DNA of 64,000 nt from a virus (IMGVR_UViG_3300027534_000002:128570-192569), one strand, 5' to 3'. Numbered from the stretch's first letter, positions 10,442 to 21,266 are shown. The notes: generated from the letters alone by a model not told the origin. Program-made: numbers and translations.

Positions 10442-12193
10442 ATGCCATCGACAATGCCGCAAAGTTGGACTCATCGTATCTTGGGTTCATTGCCATACAC
10501 AGCTTCGAGAAAAGTAGAAGATACCAATCCTAAATACAAAGCGTTCGAAGCTGCGAGTGGTAGACGCGATGAAATTATTCGCAGACTATCCGTGTCTCGC
10601 AATTCGGTAAACAATCCGATGGGATATGATAATATGATGACCGATAAGGGTTATCATTCATTGATTTACGCACCTCTAGATGAGAATAAAATCAATCGCA
10701 TTAATGAATATCGACGCATGTCGGATTATTCAGAGCTATCTGATTGTCTAGATATTATATGTGATGAAATTCTTAACGAAGATGAAAATGGCAAACTAAT
10801 CAATTTAAGAATTGAAGCAGGCAAATATAATCAAACAGCAAGAAGCGAAATTACAAAAGAGTTTGAACATTATGTTTCTGTTTTTGGATTAAAAAATAAA
10901 GGGTGGGAATATTTCCGTCAATTCTTTATTGAAGGTGAACTATTCTTTGAAAACGTTATCTCTGACAAAAATCCAGAACTAGGCGTCTTAGGAGTTGTTA
11001 ACGTTCCTACTGAATTAATAGAGCCAGTATATTTTAACGTTCAAAATGAGGATTTAAGCCATTTCATTTTAAGAAAGTATAATGAAACGACGGTGCATCC
11101 TGGGATCTTTAATAGAGTATCATTTACGAGTCAAACACCAACGACAGAAGAATTAGTACCAATGCAAAAACAGCAAGTGGTATACATTCATTCGGGTGTA
11201 TGGGATAGAGACAGATTATTCAAAGTACCTTATCTTGAAAAATCAAAAAGAGCTTATTTGCAATTAAGCATGATCGAAGATGCTATCGTTATATATCGTC
11301 TTGTTCGTGCGCCAGAGCGTCTTAAATTTAAGATCTATACAGGTAATGCACCCCCCGCGCAAGCAGAACAAATTGTGCAACAAGCGATGAGAAAGTTCTG
11401 GGAAAAGAGAACACCAGGACAAGGTGGATTTAAGAATGTATATGACCCACAGTCAATGCTTGACAGTTATTGGTTTGCAAGATCATCTGGTGGCGAAGGT
11501 TCGGATGTTGAAACAGTTCCTGCTGGGCAAAATTTAGGCCAACTAGATGACTTAAACTACTTCGTCAAGAAGCTATATCGGTCGATGAAGATTCCTTTGA
11601 ATAGAATGAATCCAGAAACGACCATGCGAGACGGCAAAGAAATTACCGCAGAAGAATTAAGCATGGCACAATTCATTATGCGCATTCAAAGGCAATTCGC
11701 GGAAGGGATTAAGCAAGGATTCATCACACATCTCAAATTGAGAGGATTGTGGAAATTATACAAGATTCGTGAATTTGATTTCCAACCAGAATTCAACGCG
11801 CCTCGAAACTTCAAGATGATGAGAGATCTGCAGTATCTCGAATTATTGTACAAGACATACGGTGATATTTCTGGTAATGCGAACATTTCGCCGACATTAC
11901 TAATGATGGACGTCTTGAAATGGACACCAGAAAAGATTCTTGAAAATCGCGCACTGTTGCGTAAGGATAAAGCGTTTACATGGGAATTGGATCAAATTGG
12001 ATCACAAGGACCTAGCTGGAGAGATGAAATGGCTGCAGCAAATGCATCAGCAGGGATTACGCCACCCGAATCACCTCCTAGTGGTGCCGGTGGTGGATCA
12101 GAGTTGCCCCCATCATTTAGCGCACCACCAGAAGAAGCACCGGCGCCTCCTGAAGAAACCCCAGCAGCACCGCCTGAAGAAACTCCAGCATAA
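10442..12193 (+). CDS. gp20: T4 gp20-like portal protein
   Basis: INEYRRMS, MIEDAIVIYRLVRAPERLKFKI, SMLDSYWF, GQNLGQLDDLNYFVKKLYRSMKIP. Confidence 0.95.
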   Translation: MPSTMPQSWTHRILGSLPYTASRKVEDTNPKYKAFEAASGRRDEIIRRLSVSRNSVNNPMGYDNMMTDKGYHSLIYAPLDENKINRINEYRRMSDYSELSDCLDIICDEILNEDENGKLINLRIEAGKYNQTARSEITKEFEHYVSVFGLKNKGWEYFRQFFIEGELFFENVISDKNPELGVLGVVNVPTELIEPVYFNVQNEDLSHFILRKYNETTVHPGIFNRVSFTSQTPTTEELVPMQKQQVVYIHSGVWDRDRLFKVPYLEKSKRAYLQLSMIEDAIVIYRLVRAPERLKFKIYTGNAPPAQAEQIVQQAMRKFWEKRTPGQGGFKNVYDPQSMLDSYWFARSSGGEGSDVETVPAGQNLGQLDDLNYFVKKLYRSMKIPLNRMNPETTMRDGKEITAEELSMAQFIMRIQRQFAEGIKQGFITHLKLRGLWKLYKIREFDFQPEFNAPRNFKMMRDLQYLELLYKTYGDISGNANISPTLLMMDVLKWTPEKILENRALLRKDKAFTWELDQIGSQGPSWRDEMAAANASAGITPPESPPSGAGGGSELPPSFSAPPEEAPAPPEETPAAPPEETPA

Positions 12194-12195
12194 TT

Positions 12196-13773
12196 ATGAG
12201 CCAAGTACCTTGCATTTCATCAGTTCTACCTACAGGATATCATGGTTCGACTTATCTTAATAGTAAGATCGAATCATATGCAAACCTGGCTTTACGCATT
12301 AAAAAGGCACTAGGCTATCCAGCGGTAACCGTAGAAGTAACAGATTCTCAATTAGCGGACTTTATAGATAGAGCCGTAGAGATGTATACTCGATATGCTG
12401 GGTACACAGAAGAGTATCTAGTATTTGATAGTAATTTATACATACCTGGAGTTGGTGTTAAATTAGATACACTTTTGACAGGCAATATGTGCCTGCAAGA
12501 TACTAATTCAGATTATGAGATAAATGATATCGAAAGAGGATATTGCACATTTGCGGTAGTTACAGGCACTGCAGTCACTACTACATATCTTGGAAGTGCG
12601 GTATCATACGCACAAGCAGGAGCTACATCGACATCAGGTAATATTGTTACACTAACACCTCTATCTTCATGGAACTTTGCTGTATCTGATACTGATAGAG
12701 TTGTTGTTAGCTCAATATCGAGCTATACACCAAATACATTATATTCTAATGTTACTGGTTTGATTAGTGTATCAGGAGGAAATGTAACCATTTATTCGGG
12801 AAGTGCATACAATATACCATCTGGTTGTCCAACCCCACCACTTACAGCATTATGGGGATATGACGTAACCAAAGCATCACATATTACTATTAGTAATCTA
12901 CCAACATGTGAATTGACAGAAAATACTATTGCCATCACATCAAATAACGGCAATTACATCACTGCACGCATATGCGATACAGAACTCAACTCAGAAGGAT
13001 TTATTCCAGCAACGTTTAATTTCTTAAGTGCTAAACCATATCCGAATGCAATCTTTGGTACATTTGATCTTGTCAATAATAAGATCTTTAATATGTCATA
13101 TCAAGCGGCAAGCTGCTGTCAGTATATGCCTACTAAATTGCCAGTTGCGGTGACATTCTATAGCACAAGCACTACGGAAGCTACAGGATTATCCTCTGTA
13201 ACAACAACAGGAAGATATGATTATAGCTTGGAGGACTATCGCAAAATCACGAGTGTTGTAAGCTTCGAAGCAGGTAGCTTCACTAATACAAATATTCTAT
13301 TCAATATTGACTATGCAATTGCTCAACGAGTATTTGGCCAGACTTCGCAATTTAGCCATATTCAACACACAGGATTTGATCTTATCTCTTATGAGATTTT
13401 AAGACAGTGGGTTGATTTGACTAATAGAGTATTAGCACGCAACGTCTATATCCGATTTGATCGCAAAACACAATTGCTAAAGCTTATTCCTGAACCATCA
13501 CCAAATAGTAGATATTGTGCTGCTATTGGATGTTACATGGAGAAAAGAGTAGAAGATGTCATTGATGAAAAGTGGGTATTTGAATATGCTACAGCATTGA
13601 CGAAAATAGCATTAGGATATATTAGAGGCAAATTCTCAGGCATTACATTATACGGCAGCGGCTCGCTTGTTGCTAATATCGGCGATCAGGGTGAAAAAGA
13701 AAAAGTCGCACTTGAAGAATTACTACTAAAAGGAGGCGAAGGTCCGACAATCGCCCCATTCTTTATCGGATAA
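12196..13773 (+). CDS. gp13: T4 gp13-like neck protein with a large internal insertion
   Basis: IKKALGYPAVTVEVTDSQLADFIDRAVEMY and WVFEYATALTK...GYIRGKFSGITL; ~280-aa S/T/C-rich insert. Confidence 0.8.
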   Translation: MSQVPCISSVLPTGYHGSTYLNSKIESYANLALRIKKALGYPAVTVEVTDSQLADFIDRAVEMYTRYAGYTEEYLVFDSNLYIPGVGVKLDTLLTGNMCLQDTNSDYEINDIERGYCTFAVVTGTAVTTTYLGSAVSYAQAGATSTSGNIVTLTPLSSWNFAVSDTDRVVVSSISSYTPNTLYSNVTGLISVSGGNVTIYSGSAYNIPSGCPTPPLTALWGYDVTKASHITISNLPTCELTENTIAITSNNGNYITARICDTELNSEGFIPATFNFLSAKPYPNAIFGTFDLVNNKIFNMSYQAASCCQYMPTKLPVAVTFYSTSTTEATGLSSVTTTGRYDYSLEDYRKITSVVSFEAGSFTNTNILFNIDYAIAQRVFGQTSQFSHIQHTGFDLISYEILRQWVDLTNRVLARNVYIRFDRKTQLLKLIPEPSPNSRYCAAIGCYMEKRVEDVIDEKWVFEYATALTKIALGYIRGKFSGITLYGSGSLVANIGDQGEKEKVALEELLLKGGEGPTIAPFFIG

Positions 13774-13800
13774 CTAACATAAATTAAATAAATATATATT

Positions 13801-14484
13801 ATGCCAGGATTAAAATTATTGATTAATAAACCATTTGATATTCAATATCATCTTAAAGAATCGAACAAAGATTCCACCAGAGAAATGTATATTGAAGGGC
13901 CGTATCTTATGGCTGAACAAGAAAACAGAAATGGAAGAATTTACTCGGAACAGGAGATGGATGACGAGGTTCAAAGATATACAGAACAAATGATCAAGAC
14001 AGGCAGAGCAATTGGTGAACTAAATCACCCAACATCTGCCGAGATTAATCCTGAAAGAGCTTGCCATAATATCGTATCATTTCGCCGTGATGGAAATATT
14101 TGGTACGGCAAGTCCAAAATTCTCACAGGGGTGCCTATGGGAGACTTGGTTAAAGGTCTTCTTTTGAATGGGGTTAAATTGGGAGTATCATCTAGAGCAC
14201 TAGGAACTCTTGCGGAGACAGATGGCACCAAAGGAAATCGTGTTTCCAATTTTCATCTTATTTGTGTAGATGTAGTTAGCGACCCATCAGTGCATAGTGC
14301 ATTCGTTGAAGGCGTATTAGAATCAAAAACATGGATGCTAGATTCTAATGGTGAGTGTAAAGAGTGTATGGACCTGATGTACAAACAACTTAATAAAAGT
14401 ATTGCAACTCTACCAAAAAGAGACGCAAACTCATTTATTCAAGAACAAATTCAAAAATTTCTCACATCACTAAGACAGATGTAA
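13801..14484 (+). CDS. gp21: T4 gp21-like prohead protease
   Basis: NRNGRIY, AIGELNHP, LGVSSRALG, DVVSDPS motifs. Confidence 0.95.
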   Translation: MPGLKLLINKPFDIQYHLKESNKDSTREMYIEGPYLMAEQENRNGRIYSEQEMDDEVQRYTEQMIKTGRAIGELNHPTSAEINPERACHNIVSFRRDGNIWYGKSKILTGVPMGDLVKGLLLNGVKLGVSSRALGTLAETDGTKGNRVSNFHLICVDVVSDPSVHSAFVEGVLESKTWMLDSNGECKECMDLMYKQLNKSIATLPKRDANSFIQEQIQKFLTSLRQM

Positions 14485-14511
14485 TGAAATTAGGGTAAGT
14501 ATTTTTTAATT

Positions 14512-14670
14512 ATGCAAATCGGTAAACACATCGATAATTTTAATGCTAGTTTGCTCGTCAAAAACTACGCACAAGCCGACAAATTCTTAAAGAAAATTGT
14601 CAAAGAAAAACTACGCATTAAATTTGATAATGAATATCGCAAAGTTGAGCGTTCGTTTTTCACTAAATAA
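14512..14670 (+). CDS. small gp67-like prohead core protein (52 aa, not in the ORF track)
   Basis: MQIGKHIDNFNASLLVKNYAQADKFLKKIVKEKL...; fills the gap between protease and scaffold; TAAGTA upstream. Confidence 0.55.
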   Translation: MQIGKHIDNFNASLLVKNYAQADKFLKKIVKEKLRIKFDNEYRKVERSFFTK

Positions 14671-14675
14671 TTCCA

Positions 14676-15617
14676 ATGAAAATATTAGATATTATCAAAG
14701 AAGCCACTAAGGAATATCTTAACGAAGATACCTTAAAGACTATCGAACAAGGCTTTACGGCTGAGGTTGACCAACTTGTTTCCGAAAAAGTTGCCGCTGC
14801 AGTACAAGTAGCTTTGGATAGACAAGATAATGAACACGCTTCGGCTCTTCAATCTCTTGTTGAAAAGCTAGATTCGGATAGAGCAAGAAAGCTTCAACTT
14901 GCACTCGAAACGATGGAGAGCGATCATATTGATAAGCTAATTCAAATCAAAGAGAGTTATGAAAAGCTACTCAAGAAACAGTCTACAGTTCTTCGTGACG
15001 AATTGAGAGTACAAATTTCCAAATATCTTGACCTTCAATTGGAAAAGGCAATGCCTGCTAAACAACTCCAAGAAGCAGCGAAAGAAACATTCGCGCGCAA
15101 TATTCTATCAGAAGCACGCAAGCTTTTTGCTATCAATGATATCTATGAAAATGAAGTCGTTGTAGAGGCAGTCAAAGACGGTGTAAGCAGAATCAAACAA
15201 CTCGAAGAACAAGTTGTTGGCTTACAAAAGAAAAACCAAGTAATTTCAGAACAAGCAGAAAAAACAAAAGCTACTTTACTAGTCAACGAAAAAGTGAATA
15301 GCTTACCAGAATTCAAAGCTGCTTATTTAACCAATTTCTTCAATAGCAAGAGTGAATCGTATATCAAAGAGAATTTTGATTATGTCGCATCCCTCTATGA
15401 TCAGGAAGAAAATGATCGCCGCCAAGTAGTATCCGAGCATGCAAAGGAACTGCGCAGACGGAGTAATGTTGATCGCTTAGTCACAGAGAAGAGAAGCGAT
15501 GAAGCGGAGAATCTTAATTCGTTTACTCCAGACAAAGAAAACGGCAGTGCTGTTTTGTCATACATTAGCGAATTAAAAAGAAATGACTCTAAACGTTATG
15601 GTAGCGTTCAAGAGTGA
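14676..15617 (+). CDS. gp22: T4 gp22-like prohead scaffold protein
   Basis: Coiled-coil, E/K-rich, ISKYLD motif; sits between protease and major capsid. Confidence 0.8.
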   Translation: MKILDIIKEATKEYLNEDTLKTIEQGFTAEVDQLVSEKVAAAVQVALDRQDNEHASALQSLVEKLDSDRARKLQLALETMESDHIDKLIQIKESYEKLLKKQSTVLRDELRVQISKYLDLQLEKAMPAKQLQEAAKETFARNILSEARKLFAINDIYENEVVVEAVKDGVSRIKQLEEQVVGLQKKNQVISEQAEKTKATLLVNEKVNSLPEFKAAYLTNFFNSKSESYIKENFDYVASLYDQEENDRRQVVSEHAKELRRRSNVDRLVTEKRSDEAENLNSFTPDKENGSAVLSYISELKRNDSKRYGSVQE

Positions 15618-15654
15618 CACACTATTACCAACATAAAAACACAAAACTAATAAT

Positions 15655-17091
15655 ATGAATAAACATATTACATCATCACCAAACCTCATCAATGAGGATC
15701 GTGCAGCTCAGCTGCTTAATAAATGGGGACCAGTTTTGGATTATTCTTCATCGAGCGTTCGCCCGATTGAAGAGGACTATGTTCGTCTTAGCACCGCAAT
15801 CCTTCTCGAAAACCAAGAAAAATGGTGCCTTACCGAAGCTAACATAGCCGCAGGTAACTCCACACAAAGTTCTTTTGTTTACGGAGCGGGGGTTAATAAC
15901 GGTGCTCAACCAAACTTCGGCAATGCTGACACATATGCCCCTGGTGACGCGCGTCTTCCAAAAATCCTTATCCCGATGATTCGTCGTACTTTCCCTGAGC
16001 TCATCACTAACGAAATCGTTGGTGTGCAGCCAATGGGTGGTCCGGTCGGATTAGCATGGGCTCTTCGTTATAAATACGACGGAACCCAGGGCCTTGATGG
16101 AACCAATACTGCCAACGCAGCACAATGGCCTTCCGTTTCGGCAAACAATGAAATTGGTTATAACTTCCTCAATACTAACTATACAGGATCGTCTGCTCTT
16201 AGCTCCGATCTTGGTGTTGGTATTCTTGGTACGTCCGGTATTCTTGCTGCTGACCGTGGTCTTGCTGCAGCACTGGGTGTTTTCGAAGCACAAGGTAATT
16301 TCCCACAAATTTCCCTTAGCATCGAAAAGACTGCAGTCGAAGCAGGCACACGTCGTTTGGCATCCAAATGGACACTTGAGCTCGAACAAGATCTTAAGAA
16401 CATGAACGGTATTGATATCGACTCGGAACTTACGAATGCAATGTCGTATGAAATCCAAGCCGAAATCGACCGCGAAATGGTTATTCGTATGATCAAAGTC
16501 TGTCTCAAAGCAGGTGCCGGTGCAGGTTACTCCACATGGTCTCCAGCTTCTGCTGACGGTCGTTGGTTAGCTGAGCGCGGTGTTGACTTCTATAACAAGG
16601 TTCTTGTTGAAGCCAACCGTATCGCTATTCGTAACCGTAGAGGTGCTGCAAATTTCATTATCGCCACACCACGTGTGTGTACGATTCTTGAAATGCTCAA
16701 AGAATTCAAGCCTTACATGATTAACGGCAATGTAAACACACAACCAACTGGTATCGCTAAAGTCGGTTCCGTTGGTGGTCGTTTCAACGTTTATCGTGAT
16801 ACTCGCTTTGAAGGACAGATCCAAGTTGGTTACCGCACAGACACAGTGGAATACGCACTCCTCGGCTATAAAGGCCCTGAGTTCTATGACACTGGTATTG
16901 TGTACTGCCCTTACATCCCAGTGATGGTGCAAAGAGCAATTGATCCGAATAACTTCACACCACGTGTGGCGATGTTAACACGTTACGGCGTTGTCGACAA
17001 TCTATTCGGTGCAAATCTCTACTACCACATGGTGATTGTATCTGGCCTCAGCACTGCATTTAGCCCTGCTAATCAGTCGGTGTATCTCTAA
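15655..17091 (+). CDS. gp23: T4 gp23-like major capsid protein
   Basis: KWGPVL, LLENQEK, IVGVQPMGGPVGL, ELEQDLKNMNGID, EIDREM, YCPYIP, TRYG. Confidence 0.97.
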   Translation: MNKHITSSPNLINEDRAAQLLNKWGPVLDYSSSSVRPIEEDYVRLSTAILLENQEKWCLTEANIAAGNSTQSSFVYGAGVNNGAQPNFGNADTYAPGDARLPKILIPMIRRTFPELITNEIVGVQPMGGPVGLAWALRYKYDGTQGLDGTNTANAAQWPSVSANNEIGYNFLNTNYTGSSALSSDLGVGILGTSGILAADRGLAAALGVFEAQGNFPQISLSIEKTAVEAGTRRLASKWTLELEQDLKNMNGIDIDSELTNAMSYEIQAEIDREMVIRMIKVCLKAGAGAGYSTWSPASADGRWLAERGVDFYNKVLVEANRIAIRNRRGAANFIIATPRVCTILEMLKEFKPYMINGNVNTQPTGIAKVGSVGGRFNVYRDTRFEGQIQVGYRTDTVEYALLGYKGPEFYDTGIVYCPYIPVMVQRAIDPNNFTPRVAMLTRYGVVDNLFGANLYYHMVIVSGLSTAFSPANQSVYL

Positions 17092-17117
17092 TCTAGATCC
17101 TAACACACAATAACACG

Positions 17118-17152
17118 AAGAGAGCTGAGAGAAATTTCAGCTCTCTTTTTTT
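17118..17152 (+). terminator. intrinsic terminator after gp23
   Basis: AAGAGAGCTGA...TCAGCTCTCTT hairpin followed by a T-run. Confidence 0.85.
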
Positions 17153-17188
17153 GTTGATTTAAATTGTCGACTACACATAAATATAAGA

Positions 17189-18031
17189 ATGACGGATGAT
17201 GAAATCAATAATCTCTTAGATCAAACTACGTTCAAGAAATATACAAGGGACCAAGCCTTTGAAGCTCTTAAAATTTGTTCAGAGAAAGGGTTACTTGAAG
17301 CAGAGAGGCAAACAGGAATACCTAGAAGAAATATTACTAACTGGAAAAATCCTGGACGAAATTCGCAGTATTGCAAAGCAAATACAAAACGACATTATGA
17401 TGCATATCAACAAAAGTGGGTAGAGCGTTATAAGAACAATCCTCAAAAGATTAAAAATATAATCAATAAATCAAAGCAAAAACAAGGATATGATGGTATA
17501 ATAAAAAGACGAGAATATGCGAGAGATGAGAATATAGCTAATCTACAACCACTGCAGAAAAATTTAGCCAAAGGCAATAAGATCATCGGAAAGACATTAG
17601 GTATAATTGCATGCTCCAAACGTAAAAAGGATTATAAATGTACTGTAAATGAAATGTATAGTGATTCGACATTCTTTAATACATTCAAGACATATTGTTT
17701 GCAGAATTACCATAACTGTAAAGTTCTATCAGCCAAGCATGGGTTGCTTGACTTGCTAGAAACTATTGAACCGTATGAATCAATAACATTATCAGAATGC
17801 TTTGATCGTAAAGATACCAAAGTAATGTCTCATCCAGATCGTCGTGTTTGGGCACTTAAGGTTTATAATTCCTTCGATTGGCGATCTTATGAAGAAATAC
17901 ACTTTCACATGAGCAAGCACTACTGGAGATATTTGGAACCTTTGTTCACTAATCATAAGAATATATTCTACCATCCAATGGACGCAGGATTAGGAATCAA
18001 TATGCAAAAGATCCAAAAACAAATTTCTTGA
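17189..18031 (+). CDS. N-terminal HTH plus C-terminal DUF6884-like domain protein
   Basis: AERQTGIPRRNITNW (HTH-like); IIACSKRK...MYS...VLSAKHGLL...IEPYE (DUF6884-like, recalled from memory). Confidence 0.65.
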   Translation: MTDDEINNLLDQTTFKKYTRDQAFEALKICSEKGLLEAERQTGIPRRNITNWKNPGRNSQYCKANTKRHYDAYQQKWVERYKNNPQKIKNIINKSKQKQGYDGIIKRREYARDENIANLQPLQKNLAKGNKIIGKTLGIIACSKRKKDYKCTVNEMYSDSTFFNTFKTYCLQNYHNCKVLSAKHGLLDLLETIEPYESITLSECFDRKDTKVMSHPDRRVWALKVYNSFDWRSYEEIHFHMSKHYWRYLEPLFTNHKNIFYHPMDAGLGINMQKIQKQIS

Positions 18032-18090
18032 CAACTAACACACAATAAAAAAGGATTCAAAAATTGCTCCTTTATACCATAAGTATATTC

Positions 18091-18507
18091 ATGGCATTAT
18101 TTAATTTTCAAGCAACCCCTGCATCGGCTACTACACCTTTTAATATCTCGGTATCATCGCGCGTTGCGAGTGGTGCTAATACTTTAGCACAATTCAATGT
18201 AGTTGGCGGTGCTTCATTCTATGGTTCTAACATCATTGGTGTTCTCTTCAATGCACCTACCGCTACTATCGTTGCCGGTACTACGACATTCTCCGCATTT
18301 GGTGGTGCACAATTTTTGCTTAATAACGCACTCAATAACCAAACGGTGGCATTACTATTCGCAAATGGTGGAACAATTAAATTCACGGCACTGTCCTCAG
18401 GAACTACCGTGTCATTATCAACCCTAGCTACCTTCGCAGCAAACAGAATTACATTTGAGGATTCGTGGCCAGATTTGAGACGCAAATATGAATTAGGATA
18501 TATCTAA
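18091..18507 (+). CDS. hypothetical virion (possible head decoration) protein
   Basis: TAAGTA shortly before ATG 18091; A/T/S/G-rich beta-type sequence near gp23. Confidence 0.65.
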   Translation: MALFNFQATPASATTPFNISVSSRVASGANTLAQFNVVGGASFYGSNIIGVLFNAPTATIVAGTTTFSAFGGAQFLLNNALNNQTVALLFANGGTIKFTALSSGTTVSLSTLATFAANRITFEDSWPDLRRKYELGYI

Positions 18508-18508
18508 T

Positions 18509-19036
18509 TCAATCTTCCGTCAAATCAATAGTAAGGGGTTGTTTTTCGACTTTTGAGTTAATGTCGCTCGTAAGTTGTTGCATGATTTCTTCTCTTGATG
18601 CGTTGATGTAAAAGTTATTTTGTTGCATATGCATTCCTCCTGAATTGCTATTACCCAAAAGTTCTTTTTGTTGCTCGTGTTTGCGCTCGAGCAATTTTTC
18701 TTTTAAGGCATGGTCTTTTGCTTGCATAGATTCTGCATTCTTGATTTTGCGACTTTGGAGTGCAAACTTGCTCATCAGTTCTAATTGCTTCGATGCTGCG
18801 GTAATCAGAGAAGCCAATGCTGAAATGGTTTCGCCATCATTGGATTGAATTGCTATGTCTTTGACTTCTTCAATGCTGTCAATGCTTATCTGCGCTATCT
18901 CATCTAGTTTGCCTGTAATATATTCCTCGAGATTTTCTGGGTCAATTTTTACCGGCTGGTTCTGTTTTTGAGTAGGTGCTGGTTTTTGTTCTAGTTCGAA
19001 ATTTTGTAAAAATTTATCGATATCGGCGTCTTCCAT
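18509..19036 (-). CDS. gp16: T4 gp16-like terminase small subunit
   Basis: Helical core (SIEEVKDIA...ISALASLI...LELM) and C-terminal QNNFYINASREEIM pattern resembling gp16. Confidence 0.6.
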   Translation of the reverse strand: MEDADIDKFLQNFELEQKPAPTQKQNQPVKIDPENLEEYITGKLDEIAQISIDSIEEVKDIAIQSNDGETISALASLITAASKQLELMSKFALQSRKIKNAESMQAKDHALKEKLLERKHEQQKELLGNSNSGGMHMQQNNFYINASREEIMQQLTSDINSKVEKQPLTIDLTED

Positions 19037-19072
19037 TTGATTTTACTTACACCACGTTTTATATTAATCTAT

Positions 19073-19261
19073 ATGATACCAGTAATAGTACAAGGTTATG
19101 GGACCTATCAAATCCCAGTAGAACGAGTCGGAGAAATCATCTCAGTACTGAAAGCAATGTCAGCATCAAGAATTAACATTAATCACCCAAATATTTCTGA
19201 ACAAAATGGACGCACGGATCGTATTCTTCTCCAAGAATATCAAAACACCAACACCCATTAA
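19073..19261 (+). CDS. hypothetical protein
   Basis: TTGATT-17-TATATT promoter (19037-19065) just upstream of ATG 19073; first gene before queD. Confidence 0.55.
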   Translation: MIPVIVQGYGTYQIPVERVGEIISVLKAMSASRININHPNISEQNGRTDRILLQEYQNTNTH

Positions 19262-19262
19262 T

Positions 19263-19757
19263 ATGCATACACCCCACACTAACAAATTTGTTTCAACAAA
19301 AGTAATTGAGCTTGGTAGTTGTGCGTTTAGGCAATGGCGTGCCACACATAGCCATTGTTGCAAGCTTCATGGCTATCGGCTTACAGCGAAATTCTGGTTT
19401 GGTGCAACTAAGCTTGATGAGAAGAATTGGTGTGTTGATTTTGGTGGTTTGAAACCGCTGAAGGAAAAGCTGCAACATATGTTCGATCATACCACCTGCG
19501 TTGCGGCAGACGACCCGTGCATTGATCAATTCTTAGTGCTCGCGGAAGTGGGTGCTTTGGATATTCGAATTATGCTGAATGGAGTTGGGGCCGAAAGAAT
19601 TGCGGAGTACTGCTATAATGTATCTGCTGAATATATCAAAGAAAAATACGGAGATCGTTGTTGGGTAGAAAAGGTTGAAGTGTTTGAACATGAAGACAAT
19701 TCAGCTATCTACGAAAAACCAATTCAGTCTTTCTATACAGGCATTAACATTAATTGA
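19263..19757 (+). CDS. queD: 6-carboxy-5,6,7,8-tetrahydropterin synthase (QueD/PTPS family)
   Basis: SCAFRQWRA.HSHC..LHGY, VDFGGLK, FDHT, GAERIA, EVFEH motifs of phage QueD. Confidence 0.85.
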   Translation: MHTPHTNKFVSTKVIELGSCAFRQWRATHSHCCKLHGYRLTAKFWFGATKLDEKNWCVDFGGLKPLKEKLQHMFDHTTCVAADDPCIDQFLVLAEVGALDIRIMLNGVGAERIAEYCYNVSAEYIKEKYGDRCWVEKVEVFEHEDNSAIYEKPIQSFYTGININ

Positions 19758-19759
19758 TT

Positions 19760-20320
19760 ATGATTAAAGCAAAATTCATTAAAACACACCAAAATGCTCA
19801 ATTGCCTAAGCGCAACAACGGCAGTACATTAAAGGACACACCAGATCAAATTTTTAATATTGATGAAGGGGCTTTTGGTTTTTATACTCTCAGAGATAAT
19901 GGTGATTCTGGATATGATTTGACAGCTGTTGAAGATACATTCATTCCGCCAACAACCGTATCGTTGACCGAAACACAAGACGGAGAAATCGAAAGTCAAT
20001 GTGAAGTAGGCAATGCGGTAGTTCCTGTGGGATTAAAATTGGCAGAGATTCAAGATGGATTCTGGTTCAGAATTGAAGCAAGATCAGGTCTCGGGTTTAA
20101 GCATTCAGTTCAACCACACTTTGGAATTATTGACAATCAATACAGAGGAGACTTGGGTGTCAAATTGTATAATCTTTCGTCGAAAGGATATCACATCAAA
20201 GCAGGGGATCGAATTGCACAAATTGTCTTTTATCCGATCATTTCAGCTGATATGTCATTTGTTGATGTTGCTGCAGAGTCTGCCAGAGGAGAAAATGGTC
20301 TTGGTTCAAGCGGAAAATAA
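19760..20320 (+). CDS. dut: trimeric dUTPase
   Basis: DSGYDL, ARSGLG, GIIDNQYRGDLGV, GDRIAQ, RGENGLGSSG. Confidence 0.93.
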   Translation: MIKAKFIKTHQNAQLPKRNNGSTLKDTPDQIFNIDEGAFGFYTLRDNGDSGYDLTAVEDTFIPPTTVSLTETQDGEIESQCEVGNAVVPVGLKLAEIQDGFWFRIEARSGLGFKHSVQPHFGIIDNQYRGDLGVKLYNLSSKGYHIKAGDRIAQIVFYPIISADMSFVDVAAESARGENGLGSSGK

Positions 20321-20322
20321 TT

Positions 20323-21264
20323 ATGACATTTACTGATCTTTTTATCGAGAAATATCGACCTAAGCGTTTGGCTGATATTGTGCTGGAAGATGGGGTGCGC
20401 GAAAAGTTTGAAGAATATATTCAAAATGGATCTATTCCTCATTTACTTTTTGCAGGCCCTCCTGGCATTGGCAAGACTTCATTATCAAAAATTATTGTTA
20501 ATGAACTTGGTTGTGACAGGCTTTACATCAATGCGTCAGACGAAAACGGCATTGATACTATTCGCAATAAGGTACAAGATTTTGCATCTACAGTGTCTTT
20601 GGGTGATGGTATTAAGGTTGTCATTCTTGATGAAGCAGATGGGATGTCTTCCAAAGGGAGTGGTTCGTCCGCTCAAGACATTTTGAGAAATGTCATGGAG
20701 ACCCATAGTGATAATTGTCGATTTATTTTGACATGCAATAGCTTGGCAAAGATCAGCAAGCCGCTACAATCAAGATGTCAGAGGTTTGACCTTACTCCAC
20801 CAATTAAGGGTGTATTGTCTCGAATAGTATCTATTCTCTCACAAGAAAATATTACGCTCGACACCGACCAGAAAAACTTTATCGGTTTAACTGTCAAAAG
20901 GCATTATCCAGATATTCGGACAATTATTGGAGTCATTGAGCATTCCATTATCGGTGGTAAAATCACAACAAAGCAGGCGGCTGATACCACAAAGACCATC
21001 TCAAATGTCGTTTTAGAGATGATTCAGGAAAAGAAAAACATTGCAGAAATTCGTGAATATGTAATTACAAAATCAATTGATTTTAACAATGATTATGGTG
21101 TGCTACTTCGTGGGCTATTCAATGCTGCGTATGAAATTAATGACGAAAAAAAGAAAAGAGATAGTATGCTGATCGTCAGCAAGTATCTCTTTCAACATAG
21201 CTTAGTTATGGATCAAGAAATCAATGCAACTGCATGTTATCTTGAACTCATGACTGCTCTCTAA
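20323..21264 (+). CDS. gp44: clamp loader ATPase subunit (T4 gp44/RFC-small type)
   Basis: EKYRP, GPPGIGKT, INASDENGID, ILDEAD, LQSRC. Confidence 0.92.
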   Translation: MTFTDLFIEKYRPKRLADIVLEDGVREKFEEYIQNGSIPHLLFAGPPGIGKTSLSKIIVNELGCDRLYINASDENGIDTIRNKVQDFASTVSLGDGIKVVILDEADGMSSKGSGSSAQDILRNVMETHSDNCRFILTCNSLAKISKPLQSRCQRFDLTPPIKGVLSRIVSILSQENITLDTDQKNFIGLTVKRHYPDIRTIIGVIEHSIIGGKITTKQAADTTKTISNVVLEMIQEKKNIAEIREYVITKSIDFNNDYGVLLRGLFNAAYEINDEKKKRDSMLIVSKYLFQHSLVMDQEINATACYLELMTAL

Positions 21265-21266
21265 GT

